Source: Nitrososphaeraceae archaeon
GTDB taxonomy: Archaea; Thermoproteota; Nitrososphaeria; Nitrososphaerales; Nitrososphaeraceae
Direction of reading: 5' to 3'
Length of the DNA: 64,000 bases
Assembly: GCA_035250975.1 (NCBI GenBank)
Contig: DATFEP010000025.1
Location: 1-64,000 of the forward strand
Shown: positions 1 to 9,667 of the stretch, piece after piece
Numbering within the stretch: position 1 is the stretch's first letter
How the letters are laid out: each line of letters begins with the position of its first letter
Made by a program: the position numbers and the translations under genes
Notes under the pieces: generated by a model
What the model was told of the DNA's origin: nothing
Database searches by the model: none
What the model saw: only the letters and a program-made list of their open reading frames with translations

Positions 1-274
1 TAAATTATATTCTTTCATCATCGTTATTTTCTGCATGATACTATAAAACAAAAAATGCTTTTTGTAATTATTTATATCTGTATTCAAACCTGGAAAAAAC
101 CATTATTTCATTAAATTTTTCCTATATGTGTTTAGATTTATTATATTAATGATTAAGAAAAATCATCGCAATTGTATTCGCCCATTATTATTATCTTACG
201 AAGAATCTTAAGAATGTACAAGATAAATGTAAATGAAAAGATAATAAATTCTTAAGAAAAATATAAAAGTAATC

Positions 275-324
275 GAGATTTGAACGCGAAACCTTTCGTA
301 TAAAGAGCGATGGACTGGGAGGGA
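275..324 (-). repeat. Distal att-like scar (tRNA-Ala 3' fragments)
   Basis: cgaaacctttcgtataaagagcgatggactgggaggga (287-324) vs cgaaacctttcaattcaagagcgatggactgggcggga (11202-11239); overlapping gagatttgaacgcgaaacctttcg (275-298) resembles the T-arm/variable region gggatttgaacccgcgacctttcg. Confidence 0.8.
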
Positions 325-382
325 TAAAATAAAAAAATTTATGCATATAAAGTTAAAAAAAATCAGCGCCAATCAGTTTTGA

Positions 383-430
383 TATCAATAAAATATGAAT
401 ACAATATTAATAAACTATGAATACAATATA
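383..430. repeat. 11-bp-phased TATNAATA array
   Basis: tatcaata (383), tatgaata (394), tattaata (405), tatgaata (416); tatgaatacaatat occurs at 394 and 416. Confidence 0.65.
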
Positions 431-728
431 GTGATATCTCTTATCGATAGATATTATTCTTTTCAATCGAGCACTGAAGATAAATGTCATTTCAAAATTT
501 TGTTATTTTACACGAGACATGCGTATTTTGTTGTTAATCGTAATTATTCTTCCTCATTTTAAAAATCAAATATAACAACGAGATTCCGTTGGCCATTGAC
601 TTCTACACAAAAAGGAGTATAAAATTAAACAAGTTGATGTTATTGTTGTTTTTACTTTGTGGTGAAGATCCCGCTAATCTAAAAAAGGAATAAAAAGAAG
701 AATAACGAATATCCAATGTTATCGAAAT

Positions 729-1301
729 ATGAGGCAAAAGTCAAAGACCGAGTCAAACGATATCGATAATGAAGATGAAAATTCTAAAGATAATGTAAGA
801 TTAAAAAATTATAAAAAACAAATAGAGTGGCGTCGCAATAAGGTTCGCCAACTTTTATTACGAGGAAATACTCAATCTGAAATTTCAAGAAATTTGCATA
901 TCAGCCAGCCAACAATATCTCGAGATATTGACTTTATTCGAAGCAATTATGTGACAGATTCAAAAAATACAATCAAACGATACACTGAAGAGTACATTAA
1001 TATCTCCTTAGGTATAGATGAAATGATTAGAAATTCTTGGAAAATTGTAGATGATAATAGGGCAAATATTAGAAGTAGATTGAAGGCAATGACAGTAATA
1101 AAAGAGTGTTACAAGTATAAAATGGAAAAAATGTTCAGAACAGAGGAGACAATAAGACAAATGAAATCTATATATCAAGAATTGCTTCTAAAGGAAAAAG
1201 ATCTAAGAAGAAGAGAAAAATCACTCCAGGCATTTCTGGAAGAAAGAAAACTAACTCAACAAGAGATAGATCATGCCACCGATCCGGAAGCAGTTTTCTA
1301 A
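729..1301 (+). CDS. Helix-turn-helix DNA-binding protein with helical/coiled-coil C-terminus
   Basis: HTH pattern GNTQSEISRNLHISQPTISRDIDFI. Confidence 0.75.
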   Translation: MRQKSKTESNDIDNEDENSKDNVRLKNYKKQIEWRRNKVRQLLLRGNTQSEISRNLHISQPTISRDIDFIRSNYVTDSKNTIKRYTEEYINISLGIDEMIRNSWKIVDDNRANIRSRLKAMTVIKECYKYKMEKMFRTEETIRQMKSIYQELLLKEKDLRRREKSLQAFLEERKLTQQEIDHATDPEAVF

Positions 1302-1573
1302 CTATTCGCGACTACTCATAACCAATTAAGTAATGTGTGACCAGTTACTTTCTAAATTTTATACAAGTTCTTACAAATTTTGATTTTTAATTGTGATATT
1401 AACAAATATTTTCTCATTCTCTTTTCTCTCTTTCCATTAACTGTTATGATATATTTAATTTACAAAAATAATAACAAAAAAAATACATTATATAAAAATT
1501 TCAATGAACTATATCGATCATGCAAATTAAAGAAAGGATTATTATCAAGGTTTTACTATACCTAAAATAATAA

Positions 1574-2083
1574 ATGAGTTTAGAATCTATACCTATTTCT
1601 AGCTGTATGACTAAAAATATAAAAACAATTCAGTCAGATAAACAATTATTCAATGTATGTAGAGTTATGAAAGAAAATAGAATAGGATCTGTTATAGTAA
1701 TAGATCAATCCAATAATAATAATCCAGTTGGAATAATAACAGAAAGAGACATTGTCAATTATTTATCTTCACCAGATGCTAATTTAATAATGCAGGTAAA
1801 TGAGATAATGAGTAAACCTCTTGTCACTGCTAGAGAAACCCAATCTTTAATTGATGCATTACAAACTATGCAAAAAAATGATTTTCGTAGACTTCCTATA
1901 GTCAATAAAGAAGGAAAGTTAGTAGGAATTGTTACAGATAAAGATATATTTAAAACAATCATTAACAATAAAGACCTGTTATCTAATATTTACAACAATA
2001 GGAATTTTCAATTTTGTCAGTCTATATTAGAGGAGTATAGAGAACATCTTTTCAAAAATATTTTCCAACCAGAAGTAAAATAA
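1574..2083 (+). CDS. CBS-domain pair protein
   Basis: Two CBS motifs (PVGIITERDIV; LPIVNKEGKLVGIVTDKDI). Confidence 0.9.
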   Translation: MSLESIPISSCMTKNIKTIQSDKQLFNVCRVMKENRIGSVIVIDQSNNNNPVGIITERDIVNYLSSPDANLIMQVNEIMSKPLVTARETQSLIDALQTMQKNDFRRLPIVNKEGKLVGIVTDKDIFKTIINNKDLLSNIYNNRNFQFCQSILEEYREHLFKNIFQPEVK

Positions 2084-2153
2084 AATTTTTTGTAAAACTA
2101 GAATATATAAAGGAAATTAAAAAGAGTCTTATTTGGAGATTATATTATTAATA

Positions 2154-2172
2154 CGAGATTTGAACCCTTCGA
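2154..2172 (-). repeat. Short tRNA T-loop-like remnant (possible att scar)
   Basis: cgagatttgaacccttcga shares cgagatttgaac with 274-285 and gatttgaaccc with tRNA-Ala. Confidence 0.4.
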
Positions 2173-2257
2173 TAAAGTAGAACAGGTTACTTTTGAATAA
2201 ATTGTTTTCAAACTGTAAAAATTATTGTTTTCTATATACTTATTTGTATATAGATAT

Positions 2258-3202
2258 TTAATTTTTTGATTCAAGATAGTTTATGACATCCAAAGCAGCT
2301 TTGCAGCCAGAGCCTGCAGCTGTAACAGCTTGTCTATATCTATAATCATATACATCTCCTGCAACAAAAACCCCATCAATGTTAGTTTTACTTTCTTCAT
2401 ACTTTTTTACATAACCTCTTTCATCAAGTTCTATTTGTCCTTTGAACAAATCTGTATTGGGTTTATGGCCAATTGCAACAAATACTCCATCAATTTTGAT
2501 ATCCGATGTTTGTTCTGTAATTACATTTTTAACTCGTACACTTTCTACCTTATTATCACCAATTATATCCTCAATTATGGTATTCCAAAGAAAAGATATT
2601 TTCTCATTTCTAAATGCTTTCTGTTGCATTATCGCTGATGCATTTAATTTATTTCGTCTATGTATAACCATAACACTCTTTGTAAATTTTACCAAGAATA
2701 ATGCTTCTTCAATAGCAGTATCTCCACCACCAACTACTATAACATCTTTTCCTTTGAAGAAGAAACCATCACATGTAGCACATGACGAAACTCCTCTTCC
2801 TCTTAATCTTTGTTCGGATTCTAATCCCAGCCACACAGCTGAAGCTCCTGTAGCAATAATGACACAATCTGCGAAATATTCTTCAGTATTGTTATCAGTA
2901 CTATAGGAACATTTTATGCGAAATGGTTTTGATGAAAAATCAACAGATGAAATTGTATTATCTACAAACCGAGTTCCAAATCGCTCAGCCTGTTTTCTCA
3001 TTTTTTCCATTAAAATAGGACCTAGTATAGGTTCATCAAAACCTGGAAAATTCTCAACTTCTGTAGTATACATTAGCTGGCCACCTGGTTCACTCCCAGA
3101 AATAACTAAAGGTTCTACTCCGCCTCTTGCAGCATATATAGAAGCTGTTAATCCGGCAGGTCCAGAACCAATTCTTATGAGTTTATTATAGATACTCCTC
3201 AT
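2258..3202 (-). CDS. trxB: Thioredoxin-disulfide reductase
   Basis: IGSGPAG FAD motif, GGQL..TTEVENFPG, CATCDG active site, VVGGGDTA NADPH motif, GDV..RQAVTAAGSGC. Confidence 0.95.
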   Translation of the reverse strand: MRSIYNKLIRIGSGPAGLTASIYAARGGVEPLVISGSEPGGQLMYTTEVENFPGFDEPILGPILMEKMRKQAERFGTRFVDNTISSVDFSSKPFRIKCSYSTDNNTEEYFADCVIIATGASAVWLGLESEQRLRGRGVSSCATCDGFFFKGKDVIVVGGGDTAIEEALFLVKFTKSVMVIHRRNKLNASAIMQQKAFRNEKISFLWNTIIEDIIGDNKVESVRVKNVITEQTSDIKIDGVFVAIGHKPNTDLFKGQIELDERGYVKKYEESKTNIDGVFVAGDVYDYRYRQAVTAAGSGCKAALDVINYLESKN

Positions 3203-3470
3203 TACTATTAGTCCTCCTTTTGTTTTTGTTTTTAATTGTTATGAATATTTAAAATATTTGTAACAAGATTTTACATTTTATTTCTAATTGATTAGGTAAA
3301 GAAAGATTTGCAAGGTCATTGTTGTATTTGAATAAGTGAAATTATAAACACTGTATAGGACAAATATCAGTTATTTAATTTTATTGAGCAAATCTGAAAT
3401 GTGATACTACATTAATATGTATAAGCATATTGAAATAAAGAAATAAATAGAATCTATTTAAGAAAACATT

Positions 3471-4487
3471 ATGCAAAATAAAAAGACTACTGTAGTATTA
3501 ATTCAAAGTTATTTTCTATATATTTTTATGCTAATTGTAATTTCAGCTATTACCATAAATAATGTATTTGCTCAGCCACCTCAGAAAGTTATAAATGATA
3601 TAACAGAAGTTACAAATGACTCCATATTTACTACATTAAGAAAAGATGGAACAATATATAATTTAAAAGAGAATATAACTTTGCCTGCAGGAAAGGATAT
3701 GACATATGTTGATACAACAAAAGATGGGAAAGTTGTTGTTGCTACAAGTAGTGGAGAAAATCAAACCTTTATCTTTAATACTATTGATAATAGTCTAATT
3801 GCTAAAATAAAAGTTGGCGATGTTCCAAAAGGTATAAAGATATCACCTAATCAAAATTATGTCTTTGTTGCTAATGAGTTACCTGGAACTGTCAGCATAA
3901 TTAACTTCGAAAATTTAAGTATCATTAAGGAGATCCCTGTTGGTAAAGTACCTCATAATATTGTATTTTCACCTGATGGCTTAAAGGGATATGTAACAGT
4001 TCAAGGAGAAGATAAAATTGTTGTCATAGATACTGATAGTTTAGAAATAATAAATGAAATTCAAGATAGCAAAGGACCACACAATTTAGATATAACAAAT
4101 GATGGCAAACTGCTTTTTGTGGCCAATGCAGCATCAAATGATGTTGCAATTGTAAATACAACTTCATTTGAAATACTAAAGAAAATTCCAGTAAGTCTTG
4201 GACATCATGGTATAGATGTTTCACCCGATAATAAAAGAGTATATGTATCAGGGATAGGCTCAGACAAAGTAAATGTAATTGATGCAGAGAAACAACAACT
4301 TGTAAAACAAATAACTGTAGGTATTGGTCCTCATGGTATACGCACAAGTTCAAATGGAAATTATCTATTTGTAGATGTAACAACAACAAATGAGATTGTT
4401 GTGATAGATACTAATAGTTTAGAAATTATTTCTAGAATTCCAACTGGAAATGTTCCATTTTGGATGGCAGTATCTGGAAATAATTAA
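3471..4487 (+). CDS. Secreted YVTN/YncE-type beta-propeller protein
   Basis: Hydrophobic N-terminus ending VFA-Q; repeated ~42-aa blades (I.VG..P.GI.ISPD..YVFVAN..VSII). Confidence 0.9.
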   Translation: MQNKKTTVVLIQSYFLYIFMLIVISAITINNVFAQPPQKVINDITEVTNDSIFTTLRKDGTIYNLKENITLPAGKDMTYVDTTKDGKVVVATSSGENQTFIFNTIDNSLIAKIKVGDVPKGIKISPNQNYVFVANELPGTVSIINFENLSIIKEIPVGKVPHNIVFSPDGLKGYVTVQGEDKIVVIDTDSLEIINEIQDSKGPHNLDITNDGKLLFVANAASNDVAIVNTTSFEILKKIPVSLGHHGIDVSPDNKRVYVSGIGSDKVNVIDAEKQQLVKQITVGIGPHGIRTSSNGNYLFVDVTTTNEIVVIDTNSLEIISRIPTGNVPFWMAVSGNN

Positions 4488-4670
4488 TTTACCAAGTATT
4501 TTTGTTTCATAATCCATTTATTCATTTATTTTACTCTACATTGACCTTTATTACATGAGATACTATAATAGCAAAGATATATTTTCTATCATATTGAAAT
4601 CTGCTTTTACATCTATTTCAAAAAATTTACATAAATATTGAGATGGTATTAAATCTAACGAAATAACAAG

Positions 4671-5254
4671 ATGAAGAAGATCCTTATTTTAGGAGGAGGT
4701 ACTGCAGGTTTAATAGTTGCTAACAAATTAGCAAGAGAACTAAGAAAAGAAATAGCAAAGGATGAAATCGAAATTATCATTTTAGACAAATCAAATACTG
4801 CTATTAATAAAGCAGGTTTTACTTTTGTTCCTTTTGGTTATTTAACAGAACAGGATTTACTAAGAGATAAGAAGAGTCTGGTTAGTCCTAGAATAAAAAA
4901 AGCTATTTTTGGTGATGAAAAAGAGACGGTTAAACGAATTGATATAAAAAATAAAAAAGTTGTTACAGAAAACAATAATGAATTTTCATATGATTATTTA
5001 GTAATTGCAATGGGTTCTCGTCCTAATTTAACAAATGTAAATGGATTGTCAAAGAAGAAGGATTTTAATTCCTTTTATACTTCATATAATGATGCATTCA
5101 ATTTAGTACAAAAAATAAAGTCTTTTGAAAAAGGAGATATTATGATATTGGTAACAAATATGCCAATACCATGTCCTGGTGCACAAACAAAGTTTTCAAT
5201 TCTGCTTTCAGATTATCCAAAATATGTAAAAGATATTAAAATTAGAGAACAAAC
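4671..5254 (+). pseudogene. Sulfide:quinone oxidoreductase-like flavoprotein, 3'-truncated by IS6 (ORF runs to stop at 5270 inside the IS end)
   Basis: ILILGGGTAG FAD motif, YDYLVIAMG, PIPCPGA; about half the usual length; IS6 terminal repeat begins at 5255. Confidence 0.8.
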
Positions 5255-5985
5255 GGCTCTGTTAGTTTAAGCAGTAAAAGCTATAGCTAAAAACATCTTA
5301 TCTATTATAGCAAATTTTAAATTTGAAAGAAATAAAACATCTTCTTTTATTGTAATGTATTCTCTTTATTTGTACTCTCTTGGTCTCAGTCTACGAAATA
5401 CATCCAAGGCATTAGAACCTTTTAAGGACCAAAATAAAAGTCATGTTGCTGTTTGGAAATGGATTTAACGATTTGGTTCATTGCAGATCTATAACAAGGA
5501 TAGAAGAATTTGCGCATTCATAATCGATGATGAAACTATAATTCAGATTGGTAGTGAACATTTTTGGTTATGGATTTGTATTGAACCTGTTCATAAATGA
5601 TACTTGGAATCTATATTTCTGAAGAAAGAAACATGTTTGTAGCAGAAAATTTTATCAGATCGCTTGTATCAAGGTATGGAAAACACACAGTATACACAGA
5701 TGGTCGTACGTGGTATCCACAAGCATGTAACTTTTAAACCTAAAACACATATTGCATTCTCCTTTAGAGAAAAGTCGGATAGAAAGAGTAATGCAGTATT
5801 TCAAGGATAGAACAGAATGTTTTGATGATTACCATCCTTGTAATAATATTATACAAAATTGTCATATACAACATGTATACAATTGGATAAGATTATTCGT
5901 TTATCTATATAATGCAAAAATCAGAAACAAAATTATATTCGAAATTGGAGGTGAAATAATAGTCTTAACTTAACTTAACAGGACT
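5255..5985 (+). mobile_element. Degenerate IS6-family element (transposase pseudogene)
   Basis: Imperfect TIRs ggctctgttagtt (5255) and aacttaacaggact (5972-5985); broken frames give FERNKT..LGLSLRNTSKAL..SHVAVWKWI*, IIDDET..WLWICIEP, YTDG..WYPQAC, IERVMQYFKDRTECFDDY with stops and frameshifts. Confidence 0.88.
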
Positions 5986-6327
5986 CGTTTAATATACATT
6001 AAAATCACTAACTGCAAAGTATACTGGCATAACCTTTTATTTATTTTGTACCAACTGGATCCATCTGTATTTCCCTATGCTATCTGTGGCAAAAGATGAC
6101 AAAAAAAGAAATATTATAAATGGTTGAGATTCATATGCTAGTGATTTTAGGCTGGAATCAACTAGATAAATTAATTATGTATTACCAGTACTATTCTTGT
6201 AATTCAACATCTAATATGAACAACTACTATATTCTTTATCCATACTCTAATTATTAGGTATTTGTTGTTCTAGATCTATAATTTCACAATAATTCTTTTA
6301 TCAGGAAAAATAGTATATACTATATTT

Positions 6328-7110
6328 ATGTTTAAAATCAATAAATTTAGCAGAAATATCTTTGGTTTTCCTTATACAAAAGATTCTTTTATATTAAATA
6401 AAAATGTAGCAAGACAATACAAAGACAAAGAAGTTCTTGCTTATGTTAATCATCTTATTCCATCAAAAATTAAACAAGAGATAATAACAATAAGCAAAGA
6501 AAATAATAATAATATACAAATTTTAAAACCACTTCTTGATTGGTTTAAGCAAGATTATATGAAATGGATGGGTAGTAGCAACATCATCAGCAAAAACATC
6601 AAATGCCAAAATTGCAACATACCTTTGCATTTTAGGGTAATCAAAGGAAATTCCTGGAAGCTACGAATGAGTGAAGTTTATGAATGTCTGAATTGTAATT
6701 CAAAAATAGTATTTCCAAGATATGGCGAAATAAAAAGAATAGCAGATAGCAGAATAGGTAGATGCAGTGAATGGTCAATGCTGTTTGGGGCAATTTTAAA
6801 TTCACTTTTTGTGGAAACAAGAATTGTACAAGATTATCTAGATCATTGTTGGAATGAAACATTGATTGATGGCAAATGGATACATATTGATTCTACGTTA
6901 GCCTATCCTATCTCTTTAAACCATCCTCATTACTATGAGAAAAATTGGTCAAAGAAATACAAATACATTTTGGCTTTTTCCTATAATTCTGTAGATGATG
7001 TTACTTCTGCTTATACCAATGAATGGCAAGATGTACTAAAAAGAAGGAAACAAGATAATAAGAAGGAAATTATTATGGAATCTTTTAAAATTTTTTATAG
7101 AGAAATTTAA
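6328..7110 (+). CDS. Peptide:N-glycanase (Png1/NGLY1-like transglutaminase-fold protein)
   Basis: LLDWFKQDYMKW, two CxxC zinc motifs (CQNC, CLNC), FPRY, catalytic triad motifs GRCSEW / DHCWNE / WIHIDS, YILAF..DVTSAY. Confidence 0.88.
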   Translation: MFKINKFSRNIFGFPYTKDSFILNKNVARQYKDKEVLAYVNHLIPSKIKQEIITISKENNNNIQILKPLLDWFKQDYMKWMGSSNIISKNIKCQNCNIPLHFRVIKGNSWKLRMSEVYECLNCNSKIVFPRYGEIKRIADSRIGRCSEWSMLFGAILNSLFVETRIVQDYLDHCWNETLIDGKWIHIDSTLAYPISLNHPHYYEKNWSKKYKYILAFSYNSVDDVTSAYTNEWQDVLKRRKQDNKKEIIMESFKIFYREI

Positions 7111-7392
7111 ATGTTGGATATTGATTCTAAATTGTTGCAATCGAGCTATGTGTAACAGTAGATGTGGGTATGTTACGTTAATATATTTTTTATGATTGAA
7201 TACTTTAGTTAAAAACAACCAACGCATTTAAAGATAAAATTTGTAATTTTCCTTTTTTTATCGTAATTTTTATCCTTCATTAATCTCATTTCTCTTGTCT
7301 AAATAAATAAAATTGGGATCTGATTCTATTTTAAGATGGCGATATTTCAAATGGTTGACCATTAAATCTTTTTGTATATTAAATTCACCAAT

Positions 7393-7507
7393 ACCTTTCG
7401 CATTAAAAACGATGGACTGAACGGGTTCAATAGTAAAAAATTTTAAGCAATATAAAATAATAGAAAATTAAGCAAAAGTAATATTGAATATGAATAAAGT
7501 ATGAATA
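7393..7507 (-). repeat. Internal att-like scar plus TATGAATA repeats
   Basis: acctttcgcattaaaaacgatggactgaacggg aligns without gaps to 291-323 (26/33); similar A/T tract follows; tatgaata at 7489 and 7500. Confidence 0.7.
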
Positions 7508-7699
7508 ATATTAGACTAACATTAATTATTGTCTTCTGATAAATATAAAGATAGTAAAAGCATCCAGAATTTTTAATTGTAATAATAATATTAATAGTTA
7601 TTTTTACAGTTAAAGTATTTTTTCCTTCTTGTTCTTCACATTTTGAATGAAATTGAAAATTTTGACTGTTTAAGCTATTTTAAGAATTACTATTTTTCA

Positions 7700-9124
7700 T
7701 TATTGGACTAGATGACGCATTTCCTCATAAAAATCATCATCATCATTTTCATCAGAATCAGTGTGTCGAATCATGCTAATTTTATTTTTTTCCAAAGAGG
7801 GATCCAAATCTTCACTAATAAATTGATTTGTTGATATTGATGCTGAAGTTATATTGAATTCATTATTAGCTTCGATCATATTCTGAGATTTTGCTTGTGT
7901 GAGAGATGGTGAAACATCAAAGTTCTTCGCAGTGAGATTATTCTTTTCACTTTTATCTAAACTCATTTTGACCGAAATAATATCATTTTCATTTAAACCT
8001 TTATTGAGTAGATTTCTCAAGATAATTCCAGTTGAACCCTGTGATAAAAGTATTGATCTATTTTTCTGTACTTCATTTTCTAAATTAGATATCAAGTATT
8101 CGAGTGTTTCTATTTTGTTTTCCAAGGCTAAATTTTTTCCATAACTTGAAAGAATCTCAAAAAATCGTTGTTTTATTTCTAATGGACCAATTTTATATGC
8201 ATTTTCTGACCAAATTTTATTTAAAACCTGAATTAAAATTTCTAAGTCTTTACTATCAATACCCAATCTCTTGATTTTATCCAACGAATCTAAAAGCAAT
8301 GCTTCTGAACTCAATTTTTCTGAATATTGTGAATGTATATCTTTCATTGTCGCTATATCAGTCTTCAGAATAGCACGTGTCCTCTTGTTGGATTCAATTT
8401 CTTTGTCCAAATTTTCAAGTTCGTTAATCTTTTGTAAAGCTTCAAAAACCTCTTTATCAGTATGCTTTTTTATTGTTGCTACTGTTCTACATAGAAATGT
8501 TATATCATCTACCGGAAGTCCTTCCCTTTCTAAACCATCTTTAATATTTGCGTACCAATTTAATTCTGCAGATGTTACATCAATTTTTTTCTTCGTTAAA
8601 GCAAAATTTTGTTCAGCAGTATATTTAGCTTCTTCCTCTTTATGAATTTCCTCTTTAATTTTTTCAAGTCGATCTTCTAATGCCTCTTTCTCTTCGATTT
8701 TTCTCTGCAGATGTGATTTCATCTGTGATGGCAAAATATCTTTTGAGATCTTGATCATCTCCATGAGGATATCTTGAATAATGTGTGGGCTGATATCTAA
8801 CCGTGTACAAAAGTCATGGGCATCCTTGAGGAAAATTTGCAGTTTTTTTTCATCTTCGGAAATGCCTAAAGCATTAACAATGTTATGGATTCTATAGCCA
8901 AGTGCACATTCCTCCACACTAATTTTTTGTTTTCTTAAGTGTACAACAAATTCTCTAATGGATTCAATATCATAACTAGCCAAAGAATCTAAAAAAGTTT
9001 TCATTATGTTCGAGACGGAACCTGTGCTAATACCGCAATCGATTGCATTTTCGGTCCTACTCATTCCTTTGAGCCAATTCTGTCTTACTTTGAATGCGGT
9101 ATATGATTCGATTTTTTCTGTCAA
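7700..9124 (-). CDS. N-terminal HTH plus long coiled-coil protein (likely TTG start at 9124)
   Basis: WLKGMSRTENAIDCGISTGSVSNIMK HTH; E/K-rich heptads; TATA-like tttatatac ~25 nt upstream of the TTG. Confidence 0.75.
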   Translation of the reverse strand: MTEKIESYTAFKVRQNWLKGMSRTENAIDCGISTGSVSNIMKTFLDSLASYDIESIREFVVHLRKQKISVEECALGYRIHNIVNALGISEDEKKLQIFLKDAHDFCTRLDISPHIIQDILMEMIKISKDILPSQMKSHLQRKIEEKEALEDRLEKIKEEIHKEEEAKYTAEQNFALTKKKIDVTSAELNWYANIKDGLEREGLPVDDITFLCRTVATIKKHTDKEVFEALQKINELENLDKEIESNKRTRAILKTDIATMKDIHSQYSEKLSSEALLLDSLDKIKRLGIDSKDLEILIQVLNKIWSENAYKIGPLEIKQRFFEILSSYGKNLALENKIETLEYLISNLENEVQKNRSILLSQGSTGIILRNLLNKGLNENDIISVKMSLDKSEKNNLTAKNFDVSPSLTQAKSQNMIEANNEFNITSASISTNQFISEDLDPSLEKNKISMIRHTDSDENDDDDFYEEMRHLVQ

Positions 9125-9169
9125 ATCATAAACGTTATGTGAAAAAAAAGTATATAAAGCTCTGAGTGA

Positions 9170-9230
9170 GGTCAAGACAGCCACCAAGTGGTCATCTGAA
9201 AAGTCACTGTCGTCAAGTAATTGGTCAAGT
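9170..9230. promoter_or_regulatory. Cluster of GTCA(AG) motifs upstream of the HTH-coiled-coil gene
   Basis: gtca at 9171, 9191, 9203, 9212, 9224 (ggtcaag, tggtca, aagtca, cgtcaagt, tggtcaagt). Confidence 0.45.
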
Positions 9231-9440
9231 AGTATTATGCTTACTATAAAGGGGTATGTACAAAATATTTTAACAAATTTATTTTGAATCTAGGAAAGTC
9301 TGAAAATAGAACTATTAAAAATGATGATCCTTTTTGAAATTACTATTAATTTCAGTTATAGGAACTAAATAACATCTACTATTTGACATTACTTATAAAC
9401 TATATAACAATGGGACTAAATAAAGACACAGATCTGTAAT

Positions 9441-9466
9441 TGGACCAGTGGGATTTGAACCCTCGA
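9441..9466 (-). repeat. tRNA 3'-end fragment (att-like) downstream of the integrase
   Basis: tggaccagtgggatttgaaccctcga vs tRNA-Ala tggactgggcgggatttgaacccgcga. Confidence 0.7.
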
Positions 9467-9667
9467 TCAAAAGAAACAACATTATTACACATTCAAAAAA
9501 TATATCCTTTATTAAAATAATATAAGACAAAACAATACCAATAATTACAGAAAATATATTAAATAGAATGGACACTAAATCTTTTAAAGTTTAATAAACT
9601 ATATACATGATGTTTATAATTTTCTTAAAGTTGATTAATGTTAATCCCAAAATTATTCAATGCATTT

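Noticed and set aside
9441-9466. A second functional tRNA
   Set aside because: Only the T-arm and acceptor 3' strand are present; there is no D or anticodon arm.
9393-9575. 60-aa ORF containing IEGSNPTGP as the N-terminal piece of a split SSV1-type integrase
   Set aside because: GSNPTGP is just the translated tRNA T-arm scar; the rest is hydrophobic AT-rich sequence, and the integrase has its own start with AbrB between it and the tRNA.
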